Positions 10,533-18,068 of a stretch of DNA of 64,000 nucleotides are shown piece by piece. The stretch lies in contig OZ219926.1 of the NCBI GenBank assembly GCA_964291405.2, positions 1,024,001-1,088,000 on the forward strand. The letters run 5' to 3'. Position 1 is the first letter of the stretch. Each line of letters begins with the position of its first letter. Position numbers and translations under genes: made by a program. Origin of the DNA: Thermodesulfobacteriota bacterium (GTDB lineage Bacteria; Desulfobacterota; Binatia; Bin18). The notes under the pieces were generated by a model. That model was given only the letters and a program-made list of their open reading frames with translations. It made no database searches and was not told the origin of the DNA.

Positions 10533-11189
10533 ATGACGACATCTCTCTCTCTTGGCGTTCTCATCTCCGGGGGCGGTACCAACCTCCAGGCTATTGTCGA
10601 TGCCATTGAGCGCAGAGACCTGCCGGCCCGGATCCGTATTGTGGTGAGTAACCGGAACGATGCCTATGGCCTGGTGCGGGCCCAGCGCCACGGCCTCTCA
10701 ACCGCAGTGCTGTCTCACACCGGCTTTGCTTCCCGGGAAGAGTTTGACCGTCACTTGGTCACTCTCCTGCGAGACCACGAGGTTGAGCTGGTCATTCTGG
10801 CCGGCTTTATGCGTCTGCTCTCGGCTCGTTTTATTCAGGCTTTCCCGCAGCGGATTCTGAATATCCACCCGGCCCTCCTGCCGGCCTTCCCCGGTTTGCA
10901 CGCCCAGCGTCAGGCCCTGGAACGCGGCGTGCGGATGAGCGGCGCAACCGTCCATCTGGTTGACGAGGAAATGGATCACGGCCCGATTATTATGCAGGCC
11001 GCCGTCCCCGTCTATCCGGACGATACGGAGGACAGTTTGAGCGCGCGGATTCTGGCCCAGGAACATCGCATCTACCCCGCCGCCATCAGGCTCTTTGCCG
11101 AAGGCCGGGTCGTGGTCCAGGACAACAGAGTCCTCATTCGTGACGAGCACCATCGTCCGCAAACCGCCTTCCGGTCTCCCGCCGTATGA
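10533..11189 (+). CDS. purN: phosphoribosylglycinamide formyltransferase
   Basis: ISGGGTNLQA, NIHPALLP, ATVHLVDEEMDHGPII. Confidence 0.97.
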   Translation: MTTSLSLGVLISGGGTNLQAIVDAIERRDLPARIRIVVSNRNDAYGLVRAQRHGLSTAVLSHTGFASREEFDRHLVTLLRDHEVELVILAGFMRLLSARFIQAFPQRILNIHPALLPAFPGLHAQRQALERGVRMSGATVHLVDEEMDHGPIIMQAAVPVYPDDTEDSLSARILAQEHRIYPAAIRLFAEGRVVVQDNRVLIRDEHHRPQTAFRSPAV

Positions 11190-11833
11190 CGACCGCCTCT
11201 CCTCGCACTGGCACAATTGGGATCGATGAATCCGGCAAGGGCGATTATTTCGGCCCGCTGGTCATCGCCGGGGTCTATGTGACGCCGGACCAGGAATCTC
11301 AGTTGCGCGACTTGGGCGTGCGGGATAGCAAAACGTGCTCGGACAAACGCGCCCATACCCTGGCCGCCCACATCCGCACGTTGTGTCCGACCACGCTCGT
11401 AGCCATCGGCCCTGAGCGCTACAACAGCCTGTACGCCTCGCTCAAGAATCTTAACACCCTGCTCGCCTGGGGACATGCCCGCGCCATAGAAAATCTCTTG
11501 GAGACCGTCCGGTGTGAGCGGGTGATTGCCGACCAGTTTGGGAACGCGCGCTTGCTCAATAATGCCCTGATGCAGAGAGGCCGGACCGTCGAACTCATTC
11601 AAAAGCCGCGCGCCGAACAGGAGATAGAGGTCGCGGCCGCCTCGCTGGTCGCCCGGGCGGAATTCTTACGCCGCTTGCAGGATTTGGGCAGCCGCTTTGC
11701 CATCCCCCTGCCCAAAGGCGCCAGCCCGCAGGTCATCGCCGCGGGCAAAGCGGTTGTGGAGCAGTACGGCCCGGACGGCCTGGGCCAGGTCGCCAAGCTG
11801 CATTTTCGCACAACGCAGAAAGTGCTGGCGTGA
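11186..11833 (+). CDS. rnhC: ribonuclease HIII (catalytic domain only)
   Basis: IGIDESGKGDYFGPLV, RDSK, ADQF, VAAASLVAR, AKLHF motifs. Confidence 0.88.
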   Translation: MTTASPRTGTIGIDESGKGDYFGPLVIAGVYVTPDQESQLRDLGVRDSKTCSDKRAHTLAAHIRTLCPTTLVAIGPERYNSLYASLKNLNTLLAWGHARAIENLLETVRCERVIADQFGNARLLNNALMQRGRTVELIQKPRAEQEIEVAAASLVARAEFLRRLQDLGSRFAIPLPKGASPQVIAAGKAVVEQYGPDGLGQVAKLHFRTTQKVLA

Positions 11834-11850
11834 GAGACGCGGTCCGGTGC

Positions 11851-11897
11851 TGTCCTAATCTAACGCAATGTGTCCTAAGTTCAGCAAGCCTGTCCTA
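11851..11897 (+). repeat. three TGTCCTA repeats at 20-bp period
   Basis: TGTCCTA at 11851, 11871 and 11891. Confidence 0.8.
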
Positions 11898-12213
11898 TTT
11901 CACTCCGTGAGCGCCTCATAGATATGCCCCGCCACGACCTGGAGCCCTTCTTTATTTGCGGCGCCCTAACCCACCCTACGAACAATGTCCGGCACATGAG
12001 AGTCTTGCGCTCAACGATCGCTCCTCGATGAGAATTATATACGATCTTATCCACTCCAGGGTACGCGCATCCGTGCGTCTACATTCCCTATTTTTCCGGC
12101 TCTTGGCTCCCAGAATCTTTTACACTGCCGTAGTTGACACCAGAGAATACACAGATAGATATATTCTACATGAGGCGACATTTTGTCGTGTCATCCTGGA
12201 AAGGAGGGGGTTG

Positions 12214-12288
12214 ATGGCAACCCAAAAGAAAACTGGCCGCGAGCGCATCCTTACGTCTCATGTAGGTGGCTGCCCGGCCCATGACTGA
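12214..12288 (+). pseudogene. N-terminal remnant of a cobalamin-independent methionine synthase II (MetE-like) protein
   Basis: AAGGAGG RBS then MATQKKTGRERILTSHVG, resembling the family start RILTTHVGSLPRP; frame lost afterwards. Confidence 0.6.
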
Positions 12289-12427
12289 GTTGATCCCGGA
12301 CTCGCCCGAAAACATTGCGAAAGCGTGCATGGTAGGTCCACCGAAGAAGCGGTGGCGGTATGTTGCTGGCAGCGGGAATTAGTCCTCTCAACACAGTCAG
12401 TTATATTTTTGAAGAAGGGAAGAATGT

Positions 12428-12718
12428 ATGCCTTTGCAAGTGGGTGGTAGGGTGTGGCTCCCCTGCGAAGTAAAGCCGGGGCCTTTTTCAAATGAACGCC
12501 TTGTTCGTATTGAACTTCCAGAAGGTCAGTGGGTTGGATTTGTTGATACTCGTGCACTAAAGGAAGCAATAGAAACAGGGTCAACCTCCGTTCTCGCTCG
12601 TATTATTGCAATCACAGAAAACGATGTAACTGCCATCGTGCAGGGGCACGCTTTTGACACTCGTCAAGTGCAGGCGTCAACTGCTAAGGTACAACCAGTT
12701 GTTCCTCTCTCGCCCTAA
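12428..12718 (+). CDS. hypothetical 96-aa beta-rich protein
   Basis: GAAGGGA RBS; 3' end overlaps the start of the dCTP deaminase; no family recognised. Confidence 0.75.
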   Translation: MPLQVGGRVWLPCEVKPGPFSNERLVRIELPEGQWVGFVDTRALKEAIETGSTSVLARIIAITENDVTAIVQGHAFDTRQVQASTAKVQPVVPLSP

Positions 12719-13268
12719 AATCCTCGAACATCTTAAGAACCAACACCTACGCTTTGACCCGGAAATTCCAGAGGATAGGGTAGCGCAGGTGTCAATTGAT
12801 CTGCTTCCTGGGCGGTACTTTACCACTTTCAGGGAGAAGCCTGGTTATCTTCCTTCGATACAGATGGACCCTTCACTCTGGGATTCAGAGGACCTCTGGG
12901 AAAACGAAGAGGCGGACACCTTTGTGCTAGAGCCCAATCATTTTGTCCTTGCGCAAACACTAGAACGTGTCTATATGCCAAACTCGTTAATGGGGCTCGT
13001 TGAAGGGAGAAGCAGCTATGCAAGAATCGGCGTTACAGTCCATGTAACTGCTCCCAAGATTGATCCTGGGTTCAATGCTCACATCACATTAGAGATGGCG
13101 AATTTTGGAAAAATACCCGTACAACTACGTGCTGGAGTAGATAAGCCTGCTCAGCTTCTACTTGCTGAAATTACTCCACCGCTAGCAGAGTCTGAACTGT
13201 ATGGCACAAATCCAACAGATGTTTTTCAAGGTCAGACTAAGCCTATTCCGAGCGGGCGTAAGTCATGA
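12699..13268 (+). CDS. dcd: dCTP deaminase (trimeric dUTPase-like fold)
   Basis: SIDL, EGRSSYARIG, VHVTAPKIDPGF, ITLE, FQGQ motifs; probable TTG start at 12699 after AAGGT. Confidence 0.9.
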   Translation: MFLSRPKILEHLKNQHLRFDPEIPEDRVAQVSIDLLPGRYFTTFREKPGYLPSIQMDPSLWDSEDLWENEEADTFVLEPNHFVLAQTLERVYMPNSLMGLVEGRSSYARIGVTVHVTAPKIDPGFNAHITLEMANFGKIPVQLRAGVDKPAQLLLAEITPPLAESELYGTNPTDVFQGQTKPIPSGRKS

Positions 13269-13388
13269 CTGTGTCCTAATCAGGACAGCACGGCTGTCCT
13301 TGCCCCCGGCCCGCGTTTCCTCTAAAGAGGGTACGTGTCCTTCCACAGCCTGAAAGGCTGGACACGCGCCCTCTTCATCCCGTCTGCC

Positions 13389-14198
13389 ATGGCACACGAT
13401 CCCCACCCCGCGTTTGACCGGCTCGTCAGCATTATGGCGACGTTGCGCAGTCCGAACGGCTGCCCGTGGGATCAGGAGCAGACGCCGCAGACGCTCAAAC
13501 CCTACCTCGTCGAAGAGACCTATGAGGTGCTGGACGCCCTTGAGGCGGAGGACTGGGCTGAGCTGAAAGAGGAATTGGGGGACCTCCTCCTTCAGATCGT
13601 GTTCCACGCCCAGCTTATGGCCGAAGCCGGGGAATTTACGATTGACGATGTGGCCCAGGCCATTGTCGATAAAATGACCCGCCGCCATCCGCATGTCTTT
13701 AGCGACCTGAAAGTCGGGAGCGCCGCAGAGGTCAGTCAGAATTGGGCCAAGATCAAAGCGCAGGAGAAAAGGGCAAAAAAGAGGGAAAGAGGGGCTGCGG
13801 ATCAATCCGTTCTGGCCGGTGTTCCCAAAGGCGCACCGGCCTTGATCCAGGCCCAGCGCTTGGGCGAAAAGGCCACCCGCGTCGGTTTTGACTGGCCGTC
13901 GGCTGCGGCGGTCTTTGAAAAGGTCACGGAAGAGTACCAGGAATTGGCAGCGGTACTGGCAACACGGCACACGGAGCAACAGGAACATGAACTCGGCGAC
14001 CTGTTGTTTGCCTTGACCAGCCTGGCCCGGCATCTTGACCTGGACGCCGAGTCTGCCCTGCGTAAGGCCAGCAGCCGTTTTAGCAGACGCTTTCGTTATA
14101 TCGAGGAGCAACTCGCGCGCAACCGGGAGGACATCCATCACACCTCACTGCCGCGGCTGGAGGAATTGTGGCAGGAGGCCAAGCAGACGGTGGGGTAG
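13389..14198 (+). CDS. mazG: nucleoside triphosphate pyrophosphohydrolase MazG
   Basis: LRSPNGCPWD, EETYEV, EELGDLLLQIVFHA, RRHPHVF; tandem second domain. Confidence 0.96.
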   Translation: MAHDPHPAFDRLVSIMATLRSPNGCPWDQEQTPQTLKPYLVEETYEVLDALEAEDWAELKEELGDLLLQIVFHAQLMAEAGEFTIDDVAQAIVDKMTRRHPHVFSDLKVGSAAEVSQNWAKIKAQEKRAKKRERGAADQSVLAGVPKGAPALIQAQRLGEKATRVGFDWPSAAAVFEKVTEEYQELAAVLATRHTEQQEHELGDLLFALTSLARHLDLDAESALRKASSRFSRRFRYIEEQLARNREDIHHTSLPRLEELWQEAKQTVG

Positions 14199-15902
14199 GA
14201 TGCCCAGTAAGGCTCGCAGTTCATCTTTCCCACCCGGCCAGACCAGGACAACAAAGCTACACACACCGATCAGGACAGCCCCGCCGAGACTCCCCAGCCG
14301 GCTGAGCCGGGAACCGCCCGGGGCAAGCCAGTCAATCTGTCCCACACACCACCACAGTACGACCAGCATCCCGACCGAGGCGAGGCCGCTCCACAGCAGA
14401 GAGACGGCCCATTTTTGCCACGGAAAGGCTGAAAGACGTCGTGACAGGCGAACGGCCTGAAATACCAGATTGGCCATGGCCGCGAGCGAGGTTGCGGCGG
14501 CAAGGCCAACAACCCCCCAATTCTGCATCGAGACCATGCCGCTCACGGCGGCGACACCCTGCGCCAGCCAGTTCGCCTCGCTAGGGAGACTGATACGGCC
14601 CATGAGGACAAGGCTGGCCCCTATTTTTATCATGAGGGCGACCACGCCACCCCAGACTGGCGTCCGGGTATCCCCGAGGGCGTACAAACAGGCCGTGACC
14701 TGGCGGGTCGCCGCAACCGCCCAGAGGCCCAGGGCCAGCGCCTGGAGGGCGGTCGCCGTGACCACAACGTCCTGGGCGGAAAAGGCGCCTCGGAAAAACA
14801 GGACCGTCGTGACAGGCGTTGCCAGAACGGCCAGCCCAACCGCCGCGGGCAGCGTGACGACATTGACCAGCCGCAGGGCGAACCCCAGACTGTCCCGCAT
14901 GCCGGTCCAGTCATGCTGCTGGGCGTGCGTCGCCAGGCTGGGCAGGACCGCGGTACTCAGGGCAACAACAAAAATTCCAACGGGAAACTCGAACAAACGG
15001 CTGGCGTACCACAGGCAGGCGACGCTTCCGTCCGCGAGCAGCGAGGCCAGCAGGGTGCTGATGATTTGATTGAGTTGAAAAATACCGGTCCCAAAGACGA
15101 GCGGTAAGAGGAGCAGACCCATGCGTCGTAAGGCCGGATGGCATGGCTGCCAGCTCAGACGCAAGGACACTCCGTGGCGGACGAGGGCGGGCAACTGCCA
15201 CAGGAGTTGGCAGACTCCGCCCAGCACGACCCCGTAGGCCAGACTCATCACGGGCTCGGCCACCTGGGCAGACAGACCGAACACGCTCACAATCACCGCG
15301 GCGTTAAACAGCACCGGCGCAAAGGCCGGCGCCGTAAAGTGTCGGAGCGCATGCAAGACCCCCATGGCTAACGCGGCTGCGCCAACGCAGAAGAGGTAGA
15401 CAAACATGACGCGGGTCAAATCAATGGTGAGCAGCAATTTGTCGCTCGTAAAGCCGGGCGCGAAGAGGCGGGTAAGGGGGTCGGCAAGGCATATCCCCAG
15501 GCCGGTCAAAACGAGCAGCAGGCCAAGCCCGGTTCCGAAGAATGCGCGAATCATGCGACTCGTCGCGCGGGATCGCCGGCTCAGATATCTGGTCAGCACC
15601 GGGACAAAGGCGGCGTCGGTTGCCCCCTCACCGACGAGACGCCGGAGCAGGTTGGGAATGCGGAACGCCACAAAGAACGCGTCAGCGGCCAGACCCGCTC
15701 CAAAGACAGAGCCAATCACCATATCCCGACCCAAGCCGGAAATACGGCTCAACAGCGTCAGCCCGCCGATCTGTCCAACGGCCCGCACCACCTGGGTGTT
15801 TTCTCCGGAGTCGTGTCGTGCGCCGCGGACACCCGACCCGGCAGCCCTGGCTCCACTCTGTTGCCCAGCCGGCCTCTTCAACCGCCCGCTCTTGCGCGAC
15901 AT
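14145..15902 (-). CDS. murJ: lipid II flippase MurJ
   Basis: SRISGLGRD, ADAFFVAFRIPNLLRRLVGEGA; many TM segments; start uncertain. Confidence 0.95.
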   Translation of the reverse strand: MSRKSGRLKRPAGQQSGARAAGSGVRGARHDSGENTQVVRAVGQIGGLTLLSRISGLGRDMVIGSVFGAGLAADAFFVAFRIPNLLRRLVGEGATDAAFVPVLTRYLSRRSRATSRMIRAFFGTGLGLLLVLTGLGICLADPLTRLFAPGFTSDKLLLTIDLTRVMFVYLFCVGAAALAMGVLHALRHFTAPAFAPVLFNAAVIVSVFGLSAQVAEPVMSLAYGVVLGGVCQLLWQLPALVRHGVSLRLSWQPCHPALRRMGLLLLPLVFGTGIFQLNQIISTLLASLLADGSVACLWYASRLFEFPVGIFVVALSTAVLPSLATHAQQHDWTGMRDSLGFALRLVNVVTLPAAVGLAVLATPVTTVLFFRGAFSAQDVVVTATALQALALGLWAVAATRQVTACLYALGDTRTPVWGGVVALMIKIGASLVLMGRISLPSEANWLAQGVAAVSGMVSMQNWGVVGLAAATSLAAMANLVFQAVRLSRRLSAFPWQKWAVSLLWSGLASVGMLVVLWWCVGQIDWLAPGGSRLSRLGSLGGAVLIGVCSFVVLVWPGGKDELRALLGILPHRLLGLLPQFLQPRQ

Positions 15903-15956
15903 TGATCAGTCTCCCCACTCATGGTAGGAACAGTGCCTCAGAGAGGAGTATTGTAC

Positions 15957-16229
15957 GTGGCATCAGGAGAAAAAAAACGTCATCGTCAGAGCGAGGTTCG
16001 GCGAGCCCGCAACCACGCAGCCAAATCGCGGGTAAAAACCCTTATGAAGAGAGTCACAGAAGCCGTCGAGGGTGGAGAGAGCGCGGTAGTCGAGAGTTCT
16101 CTGCGGACGGCGGTCAGTGCACTTCACCGGGCGGGTCAGAAACGGATTATTCCCAAACACGCGGCAGACCGGTATATCGGCCAGCTCTCAAAACTGGTCC
16201 ACAAACACCAAACCGCCGCCTCCGCCTGA
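15957..16229 (+). CDS. rpsT: 30S ribosomal protein S20
   Basis: KKRHRQSEVRRARNHAAKSRVKT; GTG start after GAGAGGAG; divergent from murJ. Confidence 0.92.
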   Translation: MASGEKKRHRQSEVRRARNHAAKSRVKTLMKRVTEAVEGGESAVVESSLRTAVSALHRAGQKRIIPKHAADRYIGQLSKLVHKHQTAASA

Positions 16230-16239
16230 CCCTATCGGC

Positions 16240-16265
16240 AAGGGGTCACGGGCCCTTTTCTGTTT
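16240..16265 (+). terminator. probable intrinsic terminator of rpsT
   Basis: AGGGGTC-ACG-GGCCCTT stem followed by TTCTGTTT. Confidence 0.55.
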
Positions 16266-16271
16266 CCCCTG

Positions 16272-16339
16272 GAAATTATCGCCCAGACAAAACGAGACCT
16301 CACGCGCCGCTGCGGTAAAGAGGCGCGCGGTGGCGAGGC
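16272..16339 (-). repeat. diverged duplicate of the lptE 3' end
   Basis: 57/68 nt identical to 17459-17526; translates to LATARLFTAAAREVSFCLGDNF. Confidence 0.9.
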
Positions 16340-16361
16340 TGTGGTGCATCCCGCATACCAC

Positions 16362-16424
16362 TCAGGCCCAGTTTTGCACCCGCAGCGGCTCCGAGACGAT
16401 ATTGGTATCCAGCAGGTATTCCAC
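16362..16424 (-). pseudogene. truncated VapC/PIN toxin
   Basis: VEYLLDTNIVSEPLR (PIN N-terminal motif) then stop after 20 codons; directly downstream of antitoxin. Confidence 0.8.
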
Positions 16425-16427
16425 GGC

Positions 16428-16709
16428 TCACAACTCAACGTCGCGTCCCGGTACCGCGTCCCGCACAGTCCCGAACACTTCGTCGGGATTCAGCGCGAGG
16501 GTCGGCAGGTCGGTATCTCTCTCAAAAGCCTCGTACGCTTCGGTGAAGCGGCGCCGGCCCGCGGCAAGGCGCTCGAAGGCTTTCCGTCCGATGAGCACAG
16601 CCACCGGTTCCCCGTGACGAGTCAGCTCTACGGCGGTGCCGCTCTCCGCTGTACGCACCAGGGTCGGCAGGTTGCGACGAGCCTCGGCAATCGAATATCT
16701 GTCGGCCAT
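16428..16709 (-). CDS. Phd/YefM family antitoxin
   Basis: YSIAEARRNLPTLV...VELTRHGEPVAVLI motif. Confidence 0.9.
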   Translation of the reverse strand: MADRYSIAEARRNLPTLVRTAESGTAVELTRHGEPVAVLIGRKAFERLAAGRRRFTEAYEAFERDTDLPTLALNPDEVFGTVRDAVPGRDVEL

Positions 16710-16743
16710 TGCTGCATCCTTTATGCTCATGGTTATGTACACT

Positions 16744-16881
16744 CTAGAGCGGTTTACGATACGTTGTAGCCTTCGTCATGCCGGACGTGATCCGGCATCC
16801 AGCGGTCGGGAGGGCGGGAGACCTGGATTCCTGTTTTCACAGGAATGACGGGCGGCTACACAGAATCGCAATTTGCTCTAG
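16744..16881. mobile_element. MITE-like element with bipartite inverted ends and internal double-hairpin repeat
   Basis: CTAGAGC-N14-TGTAGCC ... GGCTACA-N14-GCTCTAG; interior GTCATGCCGGA..TCCGGCATCCAG ... CTGGATTCCTG..CAGGAATGAC. Confidence 0.75.
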
Positions 16882-16969
16882 CATGTCTCGCATGGTGACA
16901 AAACCGTGGCCTCGCTTTGTTTCCGTGTTTCAGGGTAGCGGAGAATCCCCTCCTTGGAGGGGTGACGCG

Positions 16970-17125
16970 CTAGAGCAAAATTCACATTAGTGTAGCGTCC
17001 ACCGGCCTCCGCGCGTTTCCCGATAAGTCGGGGGCGCCCTGCGCACCGGGGAAAGGTGGTGCATGGGATGCACCCTACGGAACTCTGGAGAGCACCGCGC
17101 TACACCACGGAGGAAACTGCGCGAG
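16970..17125. mobile_element. second, degenerate MITE-like element of the same end family
   Basis: CTAGAGC-N14-TGTAGCG ... CGCTACA-N14-GCGCGAG; interior carries GTAG-type REP (GGTGCATGGGATGCACCCTAC). Confidence 0.6.
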
Positions 17126-17129
17126 CGGC

Positions 17130-17445
17130 GGGGTGGGTTTTGCGGCCTGGTCGTACCTGGGAACCCCACCCCGGCCTGCGTCCACCCCTCCCGATACGTG
17201 TGATGCCTACTGTGTCGTGAGCCTCCCGGGGCCGCTCGCCCTCCCCCTTCCTGGGAGAGCGGCCATCTTGGCCGCTTGCGGGCTGGAAGCCCGCACTCCT
17301 GGCCCCCTGCCGCAACGGCGCAGGGGGGCGGGGGCCGCCGGGGAATGTCATGTGCATCACCCCTCCGGGGAGGGGATGAGGGCTATCCGGAGGTGGAATC
17401 CTTATCCGTGGATACGGAACGGCAACTCCACCAATCAGGGGGAGA
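17130..17445. repeat. cluster of short GC-rich palindromes (REP-like)
   Basis: GCGGCCATCTTGGCCGC, GCGGGCTGGAAGCCCGC, CCCCTCCGGGGAGGGG and others; a related GCGGGCTAGAAGCCCG occurs near 50279. Confidence 0.55.
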
Positions 17446-17455
17446 GTAAAAGCAG

Positions 17456-18034
17456 TTAGAAATTGTCGCCCAGACGAAAAGAGACCTCACGCGCCGCCGC
17501 AGTAAAGAGACGCCCAACGGCAAGGCGGCGTTGGGTTTCTGAGAACTGCACATCCGTGAGGCCGGGCAGGTCTCCAGGGTCGAGCGTTCCCTGCAGGAAT
17601 TCCGGCGAGGTTGTCACCAGGACCTGGGGAATGGCGCTGTAATATTCCGTCACCCGCAGATTGTCTGCCCGCCACAGGACCTTCCCGCTTCCTCGGTCGA
17701 TGAGCTGGACATCGAGGGCCAGCACCATTTCATACTCAAGAACCTGAGCGCGGCGGTCAAAGGAGAACGGTCGCAGTTCCAGCATCTGGAGTTGGGCGGA
17801 AATCACCCCTTCGCCCGTGTCGGTGACGCGGATATTCCGACGGGTCCGAAACTCTCGCTCCATGGCCCACTGGAGTTCCTTTTCCATACCGGTCTCAAGC
17901 GTACGATTGGAAAATTCAGCAAAGCTCACACTCTGGATTCCCTGCGGTAAGGGGGCGGTCCCCGCGAACTGATAGCCGCACGCGCTCCACAGGCAGGCAC
18001 ATACGGCGATCAAAATGGCATACGCTTTCTTCAT
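17456..18034 (-). CDS. lptE: LPS assembly lipoprotein LptE
   Basis: lipobox-like WSACGY; F.N.T.E motif; directly after leuS. Confidence 0.85.
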   Translation of the reverse strand: MKKAYAILIAVCACLWSACGYQFAGTAPLPQGIQSVSFAEFSNRTLETGMEKELQWAMEREFRTRRNIRVTDTGEGVISAQLQMLELRPFSFDRRAQVLEYEMVLALDVQLIDRGSGKVLWRADNLRVTEYYSAIPQVLVTTSPEFLQGTLDPGDLPGLTDVQFSETQRRLAVGRLFTAAAREVSFRLGDNF

Positions 18035-18068
18035 GAAAGACCTGAGCCGGGGAGTTTTCAGCGATACA

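Larger units (their letters stand above)
11851..13281. mobile_element. small genomic islet bounded by 10-bp direct repeat TGTCCTAATC
   Basis: TGTCCTAATC at 11851-11860 and 13272-13281; interior visibly AT-richer than flanks; empty site forms a perfect hairpin. Confidence 0.65.

Noticed and set aside
11851-11910. Possible mini-CRISPR from the 20-bp periodic repeat
   Set aside because: Repeat is 7-8 bp with 12-13 bp spacers, far too short, and no cas genes are present.
12699-14198. dcd and mazG as one nucleotide-depletion operon
   Set aside because: mazG is a standard tandem-domain housekeeping type with host-like composition and lies outside the islet's direct repeat; adjacency is probably incidental.
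16232-16438. 68-aa ORF downstream of the antitoxin as the toxin
   Set aside because: The PIN motif is in another frame, and this ORF runs through the lptE duplicate and the rpsT terminator.
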